A stretch of DNA of 35,346 nt from Candidatus Woesearchaeota archaeon (GTDB lineage: Archaea > Nanobdellota > Nanobdellia > SCGC-AAA011-G17 > GW2011-AR18). Below are positions 24,565 through 32,888 of the stretch, piece after piece. How positions within the stretch are numbered: the first letter of the stretch is position 1; every line of letters starts with the position of its first letter. The DNA is taken from assembly GCA_964395935.1 (NCBI GenBank), contig CAYNBR010000004.1, positions 1 through 35,346 of the forward strand, given 5' to 3'. Made by a program: the position numbers and the translations under genes. Below the pieces are notes generated by a model. That model saw only the letters and a program-made list of their open reading frames with translations, was not told the DNA's origin and did no database searches.

Positions 24565-25554
24565 TTAAGCCTTTTTATAGTGTGGATAAATCTCTGGTTC
24601 CATAAAAACTTTGAAAGTTTTAACTGCTAAACCTTTATTTTCTTTTATAATTTCTTCAGAAGTTAATATTGCTGTGCCTAAAGCTGCTAACTCATTTTTA
24701 AGTGTTAGAACAGCTACCATGTTATTTTTCTCTATTTTAGAATCTAACCTTGAAATTCCAGGAATGTTTAGGTTAGCACCATGACAAATAGTATCTACAG
24801 AAGAATCTGTGATGTAAATTTTGGGTAAATGTTGAATTGCATATTCTGTTGGTTTTATAATCTTTTTTAATAATGAATCATTGTTTTCTGTTTTGTATAA
24901 TTCATATGCATCTTTTAAATCGTGTAAAGAATACCATTCTTTTTCATTAAATGGGCCTGCTTTAGTTCTTACTAATTGAGCCATGTGCGCATTTGTTTCT
25001 AAAGCTTTTCCCCAATTAACACATAATGTTCTTATGTAAGTTCCAGCTTGACAGCCTACTACAAATAAAACATCTTGGTCTTTTATTTCTAAAATTTCTA
25101 AATAATAAATTTCTCTTTCTCTGTATTCTCTTTTAACAGCTGATTTTACAGGAGGCAATTGAGTTATCTTTCCTATAAATTCTTTTGAAGATTTATGTAT
25201 TTTTGAAATTGGAATTTGTGTATGTAAATGCATTATGCAGACATATTCTTTTCCTGCTTTTAGTAAAGCTTCCATAATTCTCGTAGCTTTGCCTAATGAT
25301 ACTGCTAAGACTCCTGTGCAATTTGGATCTAACGTTCCCCCATGTCCACATTTTTCTACTTTTAAAATTTGTTTTACATAGTCTGCTACTTGGTGTGAAG
25401 TTGGACCTGATGGTTTGTTTATACAAATTACTCCATTGTTTAGTAATTCTTCTGTTGTTCTTTGTTCTGGATATTTGCCATAACTTAAATCAGTTTCAGA
25501 TTCTTTCTTTACTAAAAGTTCTCTTGTTATTTCTTCGAAAGGTAATTTATTCAT
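24565..25554 (-). CDS. cbf5: tRNA/rRNA pseudouridine synthase Cbf5 (H/ACA RNP catalytic subunit)
   Basis: TruB-family GHGGTLDP catalytic motif and a C-terminal PUA-like region. Confidence 0.92.
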   Translation of the reverse strand: MNKLPFEEITRELLVKKESETDLSYGKYPEQRTTEELLNNGVICINKPSGPTSHQVADYVKQILKVEKCGHGGTLDPNCTGVLAVSLGKATRIMEALLKAGKEYVCIMHLHTQIPISKIHKSSKEFIGKITQLPPVKSAVKREYREREIYYLEILEIKDQDVLFVVGCQAGTYIRTLCVNWGKALETNAHMAQLVRTKAGPFNEKEWYSLHDLKDAYELYKTENNDSLLKKIIKPTEYAIQHLPKIYITDSSVDTICHGANLNIPGISRLDSKIEKNNMVAVLTLKNELAALGTAILTSEEIIKENKGLAVKTFKVFMEPEIYPHYKKA

Positions 25555-25617
25555 AATAACTTAGAATGAGTAATAGTTAAAAGCTTAATGTTTATTTTAA
25601 AAATATATTTTTTAGAA

Positions 25618-26145
25618 TTAAGGTTTGCCTTCATGAGAATCTTTCTTTCCAGATTGAGGAATGAATCTTTCATGTTTCATTGTTGTTTCTTTTATTTTCT
25701 CATTTTCCTTCATCTCTTTACCTGGAACGCCTTTAGATTTAGGATTGTGTTCTTTCTTCATTTCTTTTAATTCTTCTTTTTCTAAAGCTTTAAGATCTTC
25801 TTTCTTTTTATCTTCAACTTTTGTCTCTGGTTTAGAATCTTTTTTAGCTTTCTTTTCGTCTTCTTTTGGTTTTAATGTTTCAAAATTAGCTTCTGGAAGT
25901 TCAGCATAAGCTTTTTTATTTTCCATTATAACTTTGATTTTTATTTTCGAAGGAGGGTTTGTTCTTCCTCTTGATAACATTTTAAGATTTAATTGTCTGC
26001 CAATCCTAACATCTGCAACAGAAACTTTCATATGTCTAGCAATAAGTTCTGTTAAACCTGTTACTGCTTTAGCTGCTTTTTTATAAATTGGAGCTTTTCT
26101 AAACTCTTTCCTTAAACTGAATGTGAATAATTTTTCTTCTGCCAT
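25618..26145 (-). CDS. rpl31e: ribosomal protein eL31 with a long K/E-rich C-terminal extension
   Basis: The core FTFSLRKEFRKAPIYKKAAKAVTGLTELIARHMK...VRIGRQLNLKMLSRGRTNPPSKIKIKV is followed by a Lys/Glu-rich tail of about 100 aa. Confidence 0.85.
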   Translation of the reverse strand: MAEEKLFTFSLRKEFRKAPIYKKAAKAVTGLTELIARHMKVSVADVRIGRQLNLKMLSRGRTNPPSKIKIKVIMENKKAYAELPEANFETLKPKEDEKKAKKDSKPETKVEDKKKEDLKALEKEELKEMKKEHNPKSKGVPGKEMKENEKIKETTMKHERFIPQSGKKDSHEGKP

Positions 26146-26146
26146 G

Positions 26147-26320
26147 TTACTTCTTTAATTTGGTTCTTCTCCAGCTTCTTTTCTTTACAGTGTAACGCAT
26201 AGGATGGACTTTTCTCATTCCTTTGTTTATTTTAGGAACTATCCATACTGGTGCCCATCTTGTTAAAGTTCTAGCTTTTGCTAATCTTAATTTTTTAGCC
26301 TTGGGTTTGTTACGTGCCAT
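26147..26320 (-). CDS. rpl39e: ribosomal protein eL39 (not in the ORF track; 57 aa)
   Basis: My manual translation is [57 protein letters not shown]. Its stop is 1 nt from the eL31 start. It sits in the conserved archaeal position between the PDCD5-like gene and eL31. Confidence 0.85.
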   Translation of the reverse strand: MARNKPKAKKLRLAKARTLTRWAPVWIVPKINKGMRKVHPMRYTVKKRSWRRTKLKK

Positions 26321-26324
26321 TTTT

Positions 26325-26606
26325 TTATAATCTTCTTATTTTTGTTTCCCTTTTGGGTTCATCTAATTGCATAAGCAATTGTTTTAATTGTGTATCGGTT
26401 ATCTTCTCTTTTATTTTATGCTGCTGTATAAGCTGTGCTATGACTGTAATTAACTGCAAAGCTTTTTCTTTGTTTGTAACTTTTATGTTACCATAACGTG
26501 AAATTGCTTCATTTGTCATGTACTGCTTAGCTAAATTTTCCAATGCATTAATTTGTTCTTGTAATCTTGTTCTCTCTTGATATTCTTTATCATTAACCTC
26601 ATTCAT
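26325..26606 (-). CDS. PDCD5/TFAR19-like DNA-binding protein
   Basis: 93 aa. [28 protein letters not shown]...[22 protein letters not shown] is typical of the family, and the gene has the conserved position between the eS19 and eL39 genes. Confidence 0.75.
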   Translation of the reverse strand: MNEVNDKEYQERTRLQEQINALENLAKQYMTNEAISRYGNIKVTNKEKALQLITVIAQLIQQHKIKEKITDTQLKQLLMQLDEPKRETKIRRL

Positions 26607-27021
26607 TTTTCACTAAAACTGCGTTTTTATCAACTAATGATTTACCTTTAGCAGTTATTACTCTTCCCTTATGTATTCCTTCTTTTTTATCGCTTACAAG
26701 CTCTGCTTGCTGTAATTGCTGTAAAATTGTTCTTATAATCTTTCCAGAAGCTATTTGAAATCTATTTGGTTTATGGCCACGTCTTTGGTTGCTGCCATAT
26801 TTAACTCTTAATTTTTGTACGCCAATTGGGCCTCTTTTGTAAACTGTGATTAAAATAGCTGCTGCTCTTACTTGATACCAGTCATCTCTTGCAGGAAGTC
26901 TCGCTTTACCAGAACTAGTTTTTACTAATTTAGCCCATTCTGGAGACTTAATTATAGGCTTTAAACTAATGCTAAGTTTTTCTATAGATTGTTGAATATC
27001 CGCATCGTATATACTTGCCAT
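26599..27021 (-). CDS. rps19e: ribosomal protein eS19
   Basis: PEWAKLVKTSSGKARLPARDDWYQVRAAAILITVYKRGPIGVQKLRVKYGS is the canonical eS19 pattern. Confidence 0.9.
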   Translation of the reverse strand: MASIYDADIQQSIEKLSISLKPIIKSPEWAKLVKTSSGKARLPARDDWYQVRAAAILITVYKRGPIGVQKLRVKYGSNQRRGHKPNRFQIASGKIIRTILQQLQQAELVSDKKEGIHKGRVITAKGKSLVDKNAVLVKNE

Positions 27022-27163
27022 TTTGTTTTTTGTAATCCTTTCGGATTAAGTGGTTAATTTTTCATAACCCTAGTAAAACTCTTTTAAGTTGGTGTTTCTG
27101 GATTATTTAAAAAGGTTTCCAATTTAGAAAATTGATAAATTTGGGATAATCTAAGCACATATT

Positions 27164-27175
27164 AATTTATAAATT
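27164..27175 (+). promoter_or_regulatory. TATA-box-like element upstream of the 27195 gene
   Basis: aatttataaatt is centred about 26 nt upstream of the ATG. Confidence 0.4.
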
Positions 27176-27194
27176 CTCAATTTAACTTAGTTTC

Positions 27195-28154
27195 ATGCCT
27201 GAGAGTTATTTAAAAGAAACAGTTATCTTTTTTATTCTTGTAATTTTAGGTTTAATTTTAACAAGTATATTATATTTTAATTTTATAATAAAGAATGAAG
27301 ATCAATATAGGATAAATGAGGATCTTAAAGATTATTTACATGAACATGGTAAGATTGATTATCTTTTTTTAGGAAATTCTCATTTGCAACGATCTATAAA
27401 TCCTAAATTTATTCCGAATTCCTTTAATCTTGCTTTTAATTCAAATACCTATATTGAGAATTATTATAAACTAAAAGATCTAATTGACAATGGTGTTTCT
27501 ATTAAATATATTTTTCTTCAGGTAGATCCACATTCATTTAGTTCTTATAGTCTAAAGGCTAATCAAATGAAATGGGATACTTGGTATTATTCTCAAATTA
27601 TGTCACTTAAAGAGATTGCAAATGTTACAGGACGGTCTAGAATCAGTATTATTCTTTTGACTATTATGCCTTTTTTGGGTAGAGAAAAAGAGTTACTTGT
27701 TAAAAATAAACCTTCTGAATTGTACTATGGGCATTTAAAAAGTATTGGTAATTTAACAGAGGATAAATTAAGGATACAATCTTTAAAAAGAATAGAAGTA
27801 CAATTTTTAAATGAAACTTTACTTGATCCTACACTTCAATTTTATTTTCACCAAATTTTATATTTGGCAAAAGACAAGAATATTTCAGTTATACTAGTTG
27901 CAAATCCAGAATCTGAAGCCTATATCGAAGCATTGCAATCCAAGAACTTTAATTTTAATAAATTTTATGGGGTGGTATTTTTCAATATTAAAGTTAACGT
28001 AGGAAATTTGAATATTAAATTTTTAGATTCATTAAGATTATTTTTAGATAAACCTTACTACTTTTCTGATCCTGATCATGTTAATGAGGAGGGCTCTGAA
28101 ATATTTAGTAAATATATTTATAATATTTCAATTTATAAATCTACTAAAGATTAA
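27195..28154 (+). CDS. membrane-anchored SGNH/DltD-like hydrolase or acyltransferase-fold protein
   Basis: N-terminal TM helix. FLGNSH fits a block I-like GxS motif and DPDHVNEEG fits a block V-like DxxH motif. This is a by-eye assignment. Confidence 0.4.
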   Translation: MPESYLKETVIFFILVILGLILTSILYFNFIIKNEDQYRINEDLKDYLHEHGKIDYLFLGNSHLQRSINPKFIPNSFNLAFNSNTYIENYYKLKDLIDNGVSIKYIFLQVDPHSFSSYSLKANQMKWDTWYYSQIMSLKEIANVTGRSRISIILLTIMPFLGREKELLVKNKPSELYYGHLKSIGNLTEDKLRIQSLKRIEVQFLNETLLDPTLQFYFHQILYLAKDKNISVILVANPESEAYIEALQSKNFNFNKFYGVVFFNIKVNVGNLNIKFLDSLRLFLDKPYYFSDPDHVNEEGSEIFSKYIYNISIYKSTKD

Positions 28155-28637
28155 TTTTAATATAAGATAAGCACCAGGAATAGCTAGGAACATAAATAGA
28201 TAATAGAGGTAAAAAAGAGGTTTATTGTAATATTTTTTAATATCTTCGTAACTGGATATATAGAATAAAAATCCTGAGATTAATAATATAATTTTAAATA
28301 GGTATATGGTTAAAAATTCTATAATACTGCCGTTACGTGTACTCATTTCCACACCAAAAAATGGCGCACTTAGTATTATTAGAATTATAGTTAATTCTAT
28401 ACAGAAACTAATTAGGTAAAACTTAAAAAATTTATTGAATTCTTTTTTCTTTTTATAAATTGATAATTGTACTAATGGAATAAGCGCTAGAAATAATGTT
28501 GTGTATGGAAATGTTATTGAAATTAAAATCGCCCAATTTTCATTTAAAATTGTTAGCAGTAGGGAATGCCAGTATATTAATGGTAACAATGCTGTAAAAT
28601 AAACTAATTTCAAGAATTTGTCTTCTAAAATCTCCAT
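28128..28637 (-). CDS. hypothetical polytopic membrane protein
   Basis: 169 aa with about five hydrophobic helices. Its 3' end overlaps the SGNH-like gene convergently by 27 nt. Confidence 0.5.
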   Translation of the reverse strand: MEILEDKFLKLVYFTALLPLIYWHSLLLTILNENWAILISITFPYTTLFLALIPLVQLSIYKKKKEFNKFFKFYLISFCIELTIILIILSAPFFGVEMSTRNGSIIEFLTIYLFKIILLISGFLFYISSYEDIKKYYNKPLFYLYYLFMFLAIPGAYLILKLIFSRFIN

Positions 28638-28750
28638 TTTTATTAAGTTACATCATTAGTATTTATATTCTTTGCTTCAATTAGCTCTTTAGAAGTTGCA
28701 TTTTCCTGTATAGAAATTTATTTAAACTAAATTTAAAGGTATATTTGCTT

Positions 28751-29380
28751 ATGGGCTTATTTACAGATATTAAAAGTGCACTCCTTGGAACTAATAAAGA
28801 AAATAAAATGCCTAATTTAGATGAATATTTAACTAATGCCAGGGCTAGTTTAAAACAAGCTTCTGATTCTTTAAGTAATTTCTTAAGCGGTATAAAGAAC
28901 TTCAGGCCTGCAAGAAGACATGAACAATTATTTAGCGAGAGTATTTACAGCAGGGCTTCTTTAGTTAAGGCTTGGACTGTCAGGGGCATTACATTTTTAG
29001 ATGAGAGACTAAATAATACTATTAATACTGCTAACTATATTAAAAGTGCAGAACAACTTTCTTCCATGATAAATGATTGGGTTAAGGTAATTAGGATTGA
29101 ACAGATACAAACTCCTTCAATACCTGATAATGCACAGAAAGATTTTATGGTTTATACAAATCTTAAATATAATGATCAAGAAAATGAGGAAAAATTACCT
29201 GAAGATATACTTGGGATATTGAAAGTAGAATTATGGAGTGATAAAAGGTTAAGCAGAGGATTTCCTGCACCAGATAATAAAGAATTATTGCTTTCCAATT
29301 TAGAAAATGCTTATAGTAAGTTAAAAGAAACACAAGGTTATTTATTAGATTATAATGCACAAAATATAAATGTAAACTAG
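28751..29380 (+). CDS. hypothetical cytoplasmic protein
   Basis: The track ORF begins at a TTG (28745). The ATG at 28751 gives MGLFTDIKSALLG, an amphipathic-looking N-terminus. No family recognised. Confidence 0.5.
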   Translation: MGLFTDIKSALLGTNKENKMPNLDEYLTNARASLKQASDSLSNFLSGIKNFRPARRHEQLFSESIYSRASLVKAWTVRGITFLDERLNNTINTANYIKSAEQLSSMINDWVKVIRIEQIQTPSIPDNAQKDFMVYTNLKYNDQENEEKLPEDILGILKVELWSDKRLSRGFPAPDNKELLLSNLENAYSKLKETQGYLLDYNAQNINVN

Positions 29381-30072
29381 CTTTTAAGGATTAGAATATT
29401 TCCTCTTCCTTTCTTTATCTTTTCAATTTTTCCTTTAGCTTCTAATTCAGAAATAACTAAAGATATTTTAGCTTCTGAGAAGGGGAATTTTTTTCTTAAT
29501 TCTTTTTGTGTAATTCTACCGTCGGAATTTTTAATTATTTCTAAGACTTTATCAGGGAGCTCTTTTATTTTAACTTGGGCTTCTTTTTCACTTTCCTCCC
29601 TTCCTGGTTCTTTTTTTATTTTTGATTTAAGTCTCTTACTAAAGTAAAATATAAAAGATATTATAAATATTAATCCAATTCCAACTAGAATATATACTTG
29701 AACTTGATTTTCTTTTAGGTCTATAGCTTCTATATCTAAATCTAAAATTTCTGCAAGTTCTTTGTCTTCTAATTCAGGGAATACAAATAGATCAATATTA
29801 AATGTTCCTTCTTCTTTGATTTCAATACTTTCTTGGACTATTTCTTTATTGTTTATTGTTTTAGCTGTTATGTTATACTCTCCTTTAGGCAAATCAAAAG
29901 AATATGTGCCATCTGTACTTACAACTTTTTGTTCAGGAACTGAATTGACTTCAACGATTATATTTTTAATTTTATTTAAGGAAAGATCATAAATTGTTCC
30001 ATGCACAGTTGCTGCTGAAACAGTGCTTAACATTAAAATAAACATTATTGCGAATAATATTTGCTGCTTCAT
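29377..30072 (-). CDS. membrane-tethered winged-helix transcription regulator with an extracellular CarboxypepD_reg-like beta domain
   Basis: Signal peptide, then VHGTIYD...DGTYSFDLPKGEYNITA, then a TM helix (VYILVGIGLIFIISFIFYF). The cytoplasmic part reads LPDKVLEIIKNSDGRITQKELRKKFPFSEAKISLVISELEAKGKIEKIKKGRGNIL, which looks like a wHTH. Confidence 0.6.
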   Translation of the reverse strand: MKQQILFAIMFILMLSTVSAATVHGTIYDLSLNKIKNIIVEVNSVPEQKVVSTDGTYSFDLPKGEYNITAKTINNKEIVQESIEIKEEGTFNIDLFVFPELEDKELAEILDLDIEAIDLKENQVQVYILVGIGLIFIISFIFYFSKRLKSKIKKEPGREESEKEAQVKIKELPDKVLEIIKNSDGRITQKELRKKFPFSEAKISLVISELEAKGKIEKIKKGRGNILILKS

Positions 30073-30270
30073 TTTCTTTTTTATATCCCTTTGTCTTATA
30101 AAATTTTCTAATAAAGTAAAAGAAGGATAAACTGAGCTTTGTAAAGCTTTAGGAGAAAAATTTAACTTTATTTTCTTACTGAATTGAAAGTATGTTTATA
30201 AACATGTTAAGTTATAGAGTAATATAGATTATAATAAAAAATTGCGAATTTAAAATATTGGAGGAACAAA

Positions 30271-31431
30271 ATGAAAAAAATAATAACAATATTGGTTACA
30301 GGGTTACTTTTATTTAGTATCCTGCCTTTAGCTTTTGCTGGTAAAGACACTTCTAGAGATTTAAGTGTGCAAACAGACACTAGTGTAAGCGCAGACAATA
30401 CTGATGTAAGTACAACTACAGATACTGAAAATACGGCAAAAAGAGAGAAAGAGAGAAAAAATGACTTAAGAGAAATAGTGAAGGATGTTAAAGAACAAAC
30501 TAAAGAGTTTAGAAAAGAAGTAAAGGCTGATGTTAAAGAACTTAAGTTTAAAAGACAAGAAATGATGAAAACTTTTGTCAACCAGAAAAAAGATTTTGTA
30601 AGTAAATGTAAAAGAATTATGGATACAGACGATTGTAAAGTATTAAAACAAAAGGTTTACCAAGATGCTAAACAATTTTTACTTGATGCAACAGATGAAA
30701 TGATAGAAGCCTTAGAGAATGTAAAGGTTAGAGTTAGTGAATCTAGTTTAGAAAATAAAAATGAATTAATTCAAAAATTAGATTCTAAGTTAGCTAGTCT
30801 GGCTGCTGTTAAAAGACAAGTTGAAGCTTTGGGGGATAATCCTACAAAAGAACAATTAAAAACTGTGTCAGGAAAATTAAGAATGGAATGGAGAAATTCT
30901 AGAGTTCATTTAGTAAGAGCTTCTAGTTATACCCTTTCTGTTAGATTGGCTGGCTTACTTGTCAGAGCTGAGCATTTAGAAACTAAATTGGATAAAGTAC
31001 TTGCGAAGTTAGAAGAAAAAGGTCTAGATACTAACGTTTCAGATGCAAAAGTTACTGAATTTAAACAACATGTGGCAAAAGCTAGAGAGTTACATAACCA
31101 AATAAAGACTAGTTTGCAATCTGGGGCTTCACCTAGTGATGTGCATGATTTAGTTAAACAAGCGCAACAGGAATTAAAATTGGCTCAAGATGTGCTAAAA
31201 GAAGCAGTTAGAGAAATAAAATCACTTAAGGATGGATCTGCTGTTTTAGAAGAGACTGAACAAAGTACAGAAACTACAACTTCTGCTAATACAGAAACTT
31301 CAACAAATGAAGGAACAGGAGAAACAAGTACAGGTGTATCTGATACTGTAGCAACTGGTGAAGGCACTGCATCACAAGATATAAATACAGGAACAGTTAA
31401 TGGAAGTGATGCTGGAAGTACTCCTGCTTAG
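30271..31431 (+). CDS. secreted alpha-helical/coiled-coil protein with Thr/Ser/Glu-rich termini
   Basis: Signal peptide (ILVTGLLLFSILPLAFA) and a long helical region. A GGAGG SD-like motif lies 6 nt upstream of the ATG. It is more G+C-rich than the window average. Confidence 0.65.
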   Translation: MKKIITILVTGLLLFSILPLAFAGKDTSRDLSVQTDTSVSADNTDVSTTTDTENTAKREKERKNDLREIVKDVKEQTKEFRKEVKADVKELKFKRQEMMKTFVNQKKDFVSKCKRIMDTDDCKVLKQKVYQDAKQFLLDATDEMIEALENVKVRVSESSLENKNELIQKLDSKLASLAAVKRQVEALGDNPTKEQLKTVSGKLRMEWRNSRVHLVRASSYTLSVRLAGLLVRAEHLETKLDKVLAKLEEKGLDTNVSDAKVTEFKQHVAKARELHNQIKTSLQSGASPSDVHDLVKQAQQELKLAQDVLKEAVREIKSLKDGSAVLEETEQSTETTTSANTETSTNEGTGETSTGVSDTVATGEGTASQDINTGTVNGSDAGSTPA

Positions 31432-31441
31432 GGTGAATTAA

Positions 31442-31678
31442 ATGAAAAAATTAATTTATTTGTTTTTGATAGGGTTAATAGCTCTGATAATTGGCTGTCA
31501 AGGACAAGTTGATAAAACAACAAATACTGAAGAAAGTGGGGCTCAACCTGCTTCAACAAGTGCTACTGATACAGGGGATGTTGCCTTAGATCAAGGCTTG
31601 AGTGATTTGAATCAAGCCAATAGTGATGTAGATGGTACACAAGATTTGGATAAGGATTTAGATCTGTCAGATCTTTAA
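31442..31678 (+). CDS. small acidic secreted, lipoprotein-like protein
   Basis: 78 aa with LIGLIALIIGC (lipobox-like) followed by a D/T/S-rich sequence. A GGGTGA SD-like motif lies 5 nt upstream of the ATG. Confidence 0.5.
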   Translation: MKKLIYLFLIGLIALIIGCQGQVDKTTNTEESGAQPASTSATDTGDVALDQGLSDLNQANSDVDGTQDLDKDLDLSDL

Positions 31679-32068
31679 TTTTTCTTTTTTTATTAATTTT
31701 ATTCCTAAATTTTCTAGAACTCTAATTGCTTTATTTATATCTTTATCTTTTACTAAAAAATGGTCTTTTGAAAATGCAGCTATAGGCATTATTGTAATAT
31801 TCTCTCTTGCCAGTGCACTACTTATTTTTGCTGTAACACCTACTACATTCATAGGGAATACTATATCGAGAGTTATTATCTTCCAGTCTTTCTTTATCTC
31901 AATAATCTCATTTTTATTAATAAGAATTTGATTAATTATAACAGTAATTTCTTCTTTATCCATAATGTTTACGAAAGCTTTAGGATCAGATTTCTTAGCT
32001 TTAATTATTGCAAACTTTTCTTTCCAGACATAAGCTTTGCCATTTTTAAAGTAATCTTCCAATTTCAT
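31667..32068 (-). CDS. ACT-domain-containing protein
   Basis: The C-terminal ITLDIVFPMNVVGVTAKISSALARENITIMPIAAFSKDHFLVKDKDINKAIRVLENLGI has the ACT beta-alpha-beta-beta-alpha-beta pattern. Confidence 0.45.
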   Translation of the reverse strand: MKLEDYFKNGKAYVWKEKFAIIKAKKSDPKAFVNIMDKEEITVIINQILINKNEIIEIKKDWKIITLDIVFPMNVVGVTAKISSALARENITIMPIAAFSKDHFLVKDKDINKAIRVLENLGIKLIKKEKLKI

Positions 32069-32107
32069 GTAATTAATAATCTATCTTAAGTATATAAAAT
32101 TTAAGAA

Positions 32108-32620
32108 TTATTGAACTCTTATAGAAATTGTAGCAGTTATATCTTCACCAAGTCCAGTTGAGGTTATTTTACAAACTTTATTTCCTGTTGTGCCTGTACT
32201 TTGGCTTTCTATTCTTAATTGTATAGTTCTAAATTCACCAGAAGGTATTGAATGTGGATCTGAATCTTGATTTTGAGTTTCCTCGAATACACATATTAAA
32301 TCATCTGCTTTAGTCAATGGATTTACTTTTAATTTAACACTAGCTTTAGTTGCACCCTTATTTGCCATTGTTACAGAAACTATTTTTGTATCTCCTTTAC
32401 TTAAATCCATTTTTTTAGGGCTAATAGTTAATGGATCTGTTATTTCTGAAAAACTACCTATCTGGCCTTCTGCTTTATCAAAAGCTCCTTCTGCTAAAAG
32501 CGTTGTTTTTTTGAAAATGAATTGAACAAATACTAAACCCAGAATTAATAATACTACGCCTAAAACTATAACTATTATCGTAGTCATTGACATTTCAATT
32601 GCAGCTTTTTTATTTAACAT
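32108..32620 (-). CDS. type IV pilin-like protein with a class III signal peptide
   Basis: The N-terminus is MLNKKAAIEMSMTTIIVIVLGVVLLILGLVFV: a short basic leader, K-A/A, then a long hydrophobic helix. A beta-rich domain follows. Confidence 0.5.
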   Translation of the reverse strand: MLNKKAAIEMSMTTIIVIVLGVVLLILGLVFVQFIFKKTTLLAEGAFDKAEGQIGSFSEITDPLTISPKKMDLSKGDTKIVSVTMANKGATKASVKLKVNPLTKADDLICVFEETQNQDSDPHSIPSGEFRTIQLRIESQSTGTTGNKVCKITSTGLGEDITATISIRVQ

Positions 32621-32718
32621 TCTTAAATTCCTCTTTAATTGTTATTTTCTTATTATAATTTGTATTTAAATGTTTGGATAGTTTAATTTTGTTTACAGAA
32701 TATTTATAATATTCAAAA

Positions 32719-32792
32719 TGGGAATGGAGGGATTTGAACCCCCAATACCACGAGCTTCAGTCGTGTGCTTTCCCAGGTTGAGCCACATTCCC
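32719..32792 (-). tRNA. tRNA-Phe (anticodon GAA), CCA not encoded
   Basis: I folded the reverse complement GGGAATGTGGCTCAACCTGGGAAAGCACACGACTGAAGCTCGTGGTATTGGGGGTTCAAATCCCTCCATTCCCA by hand. It gives a 7-bp acceptor stem, a 5-bp anticodon stem CACGA/TCGTG, the loop CTGAAGC, a T arm GGGGG-TTCAAAT-CCCTC and discriminator A. Confidence 0.9.
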
Positions 32793-32817
32793 ATTCAGAT
32801 AAACAGCATTATAGTTG

Positions 32818-32827
32818 TTTTATAAAG
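32818..32827 (-). promoter_or_regulatory. TATA-box-like element for tRNA-Phe
   Basis: ctttataaa on the minus strand lies about 30 nt upstream of the mature tRNA 5' end. Confidence 0.4.
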
Positions 32828-32857
32828 CTTTTTGTGTTTTAATTATACAATAGAAAG

Positions 32858-32869
32858 ATTTTAATAACT
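32858..32869 (+). promoter_or_regulatory. TATA-box-like element for valS
   Basis: gattttaataac is centred about 26 nt upstream of the ATG at 32889. Confidence 0.35.
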
Positions 32870-32888
32870 AATTTCCTGCTTCAAACTT

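Noticed and set aside
25588-25909. Plus-strand ORFs (25588..25770, 25661..25909) opposite the eL31 tail.
   Set aside because: They mirror the K/E-rich (AAR/GAR) codons and so read as F/S/L-rich. They have no independent support.
27032-27045. The hairpin AATCC-TTTC-GGATT just upstream of the eS19 start, considered as a possible autoregulatory 5' structure.
   Set aside because: It has only a 5-bp stem, and its position relative to an unknown TSS is unclear. With leaderless transcription it may not be transcribed at all.
30192-30205. The perfect palindrome ATGTTTATAAACAT, considered as a dedicated operator.
   Set aside because: I did not list it as a separate feature. A/T-rich palindromes are expected in ~27% G+C DNA, and its core TTTATAAA may simply be a TATA box. 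It is mentioned only as a testable possibility under the regulator finding.
30207-30581. A 124-aa minus-strand ORF overlapping the start of the 386-aa secreted-protein gene.
   Set aside because: It is the antisense of a gene that has an SD and a signal peptide. The translation is an S/L/T/F-rich repeat shadow of the K/E/T-rich sense frame.
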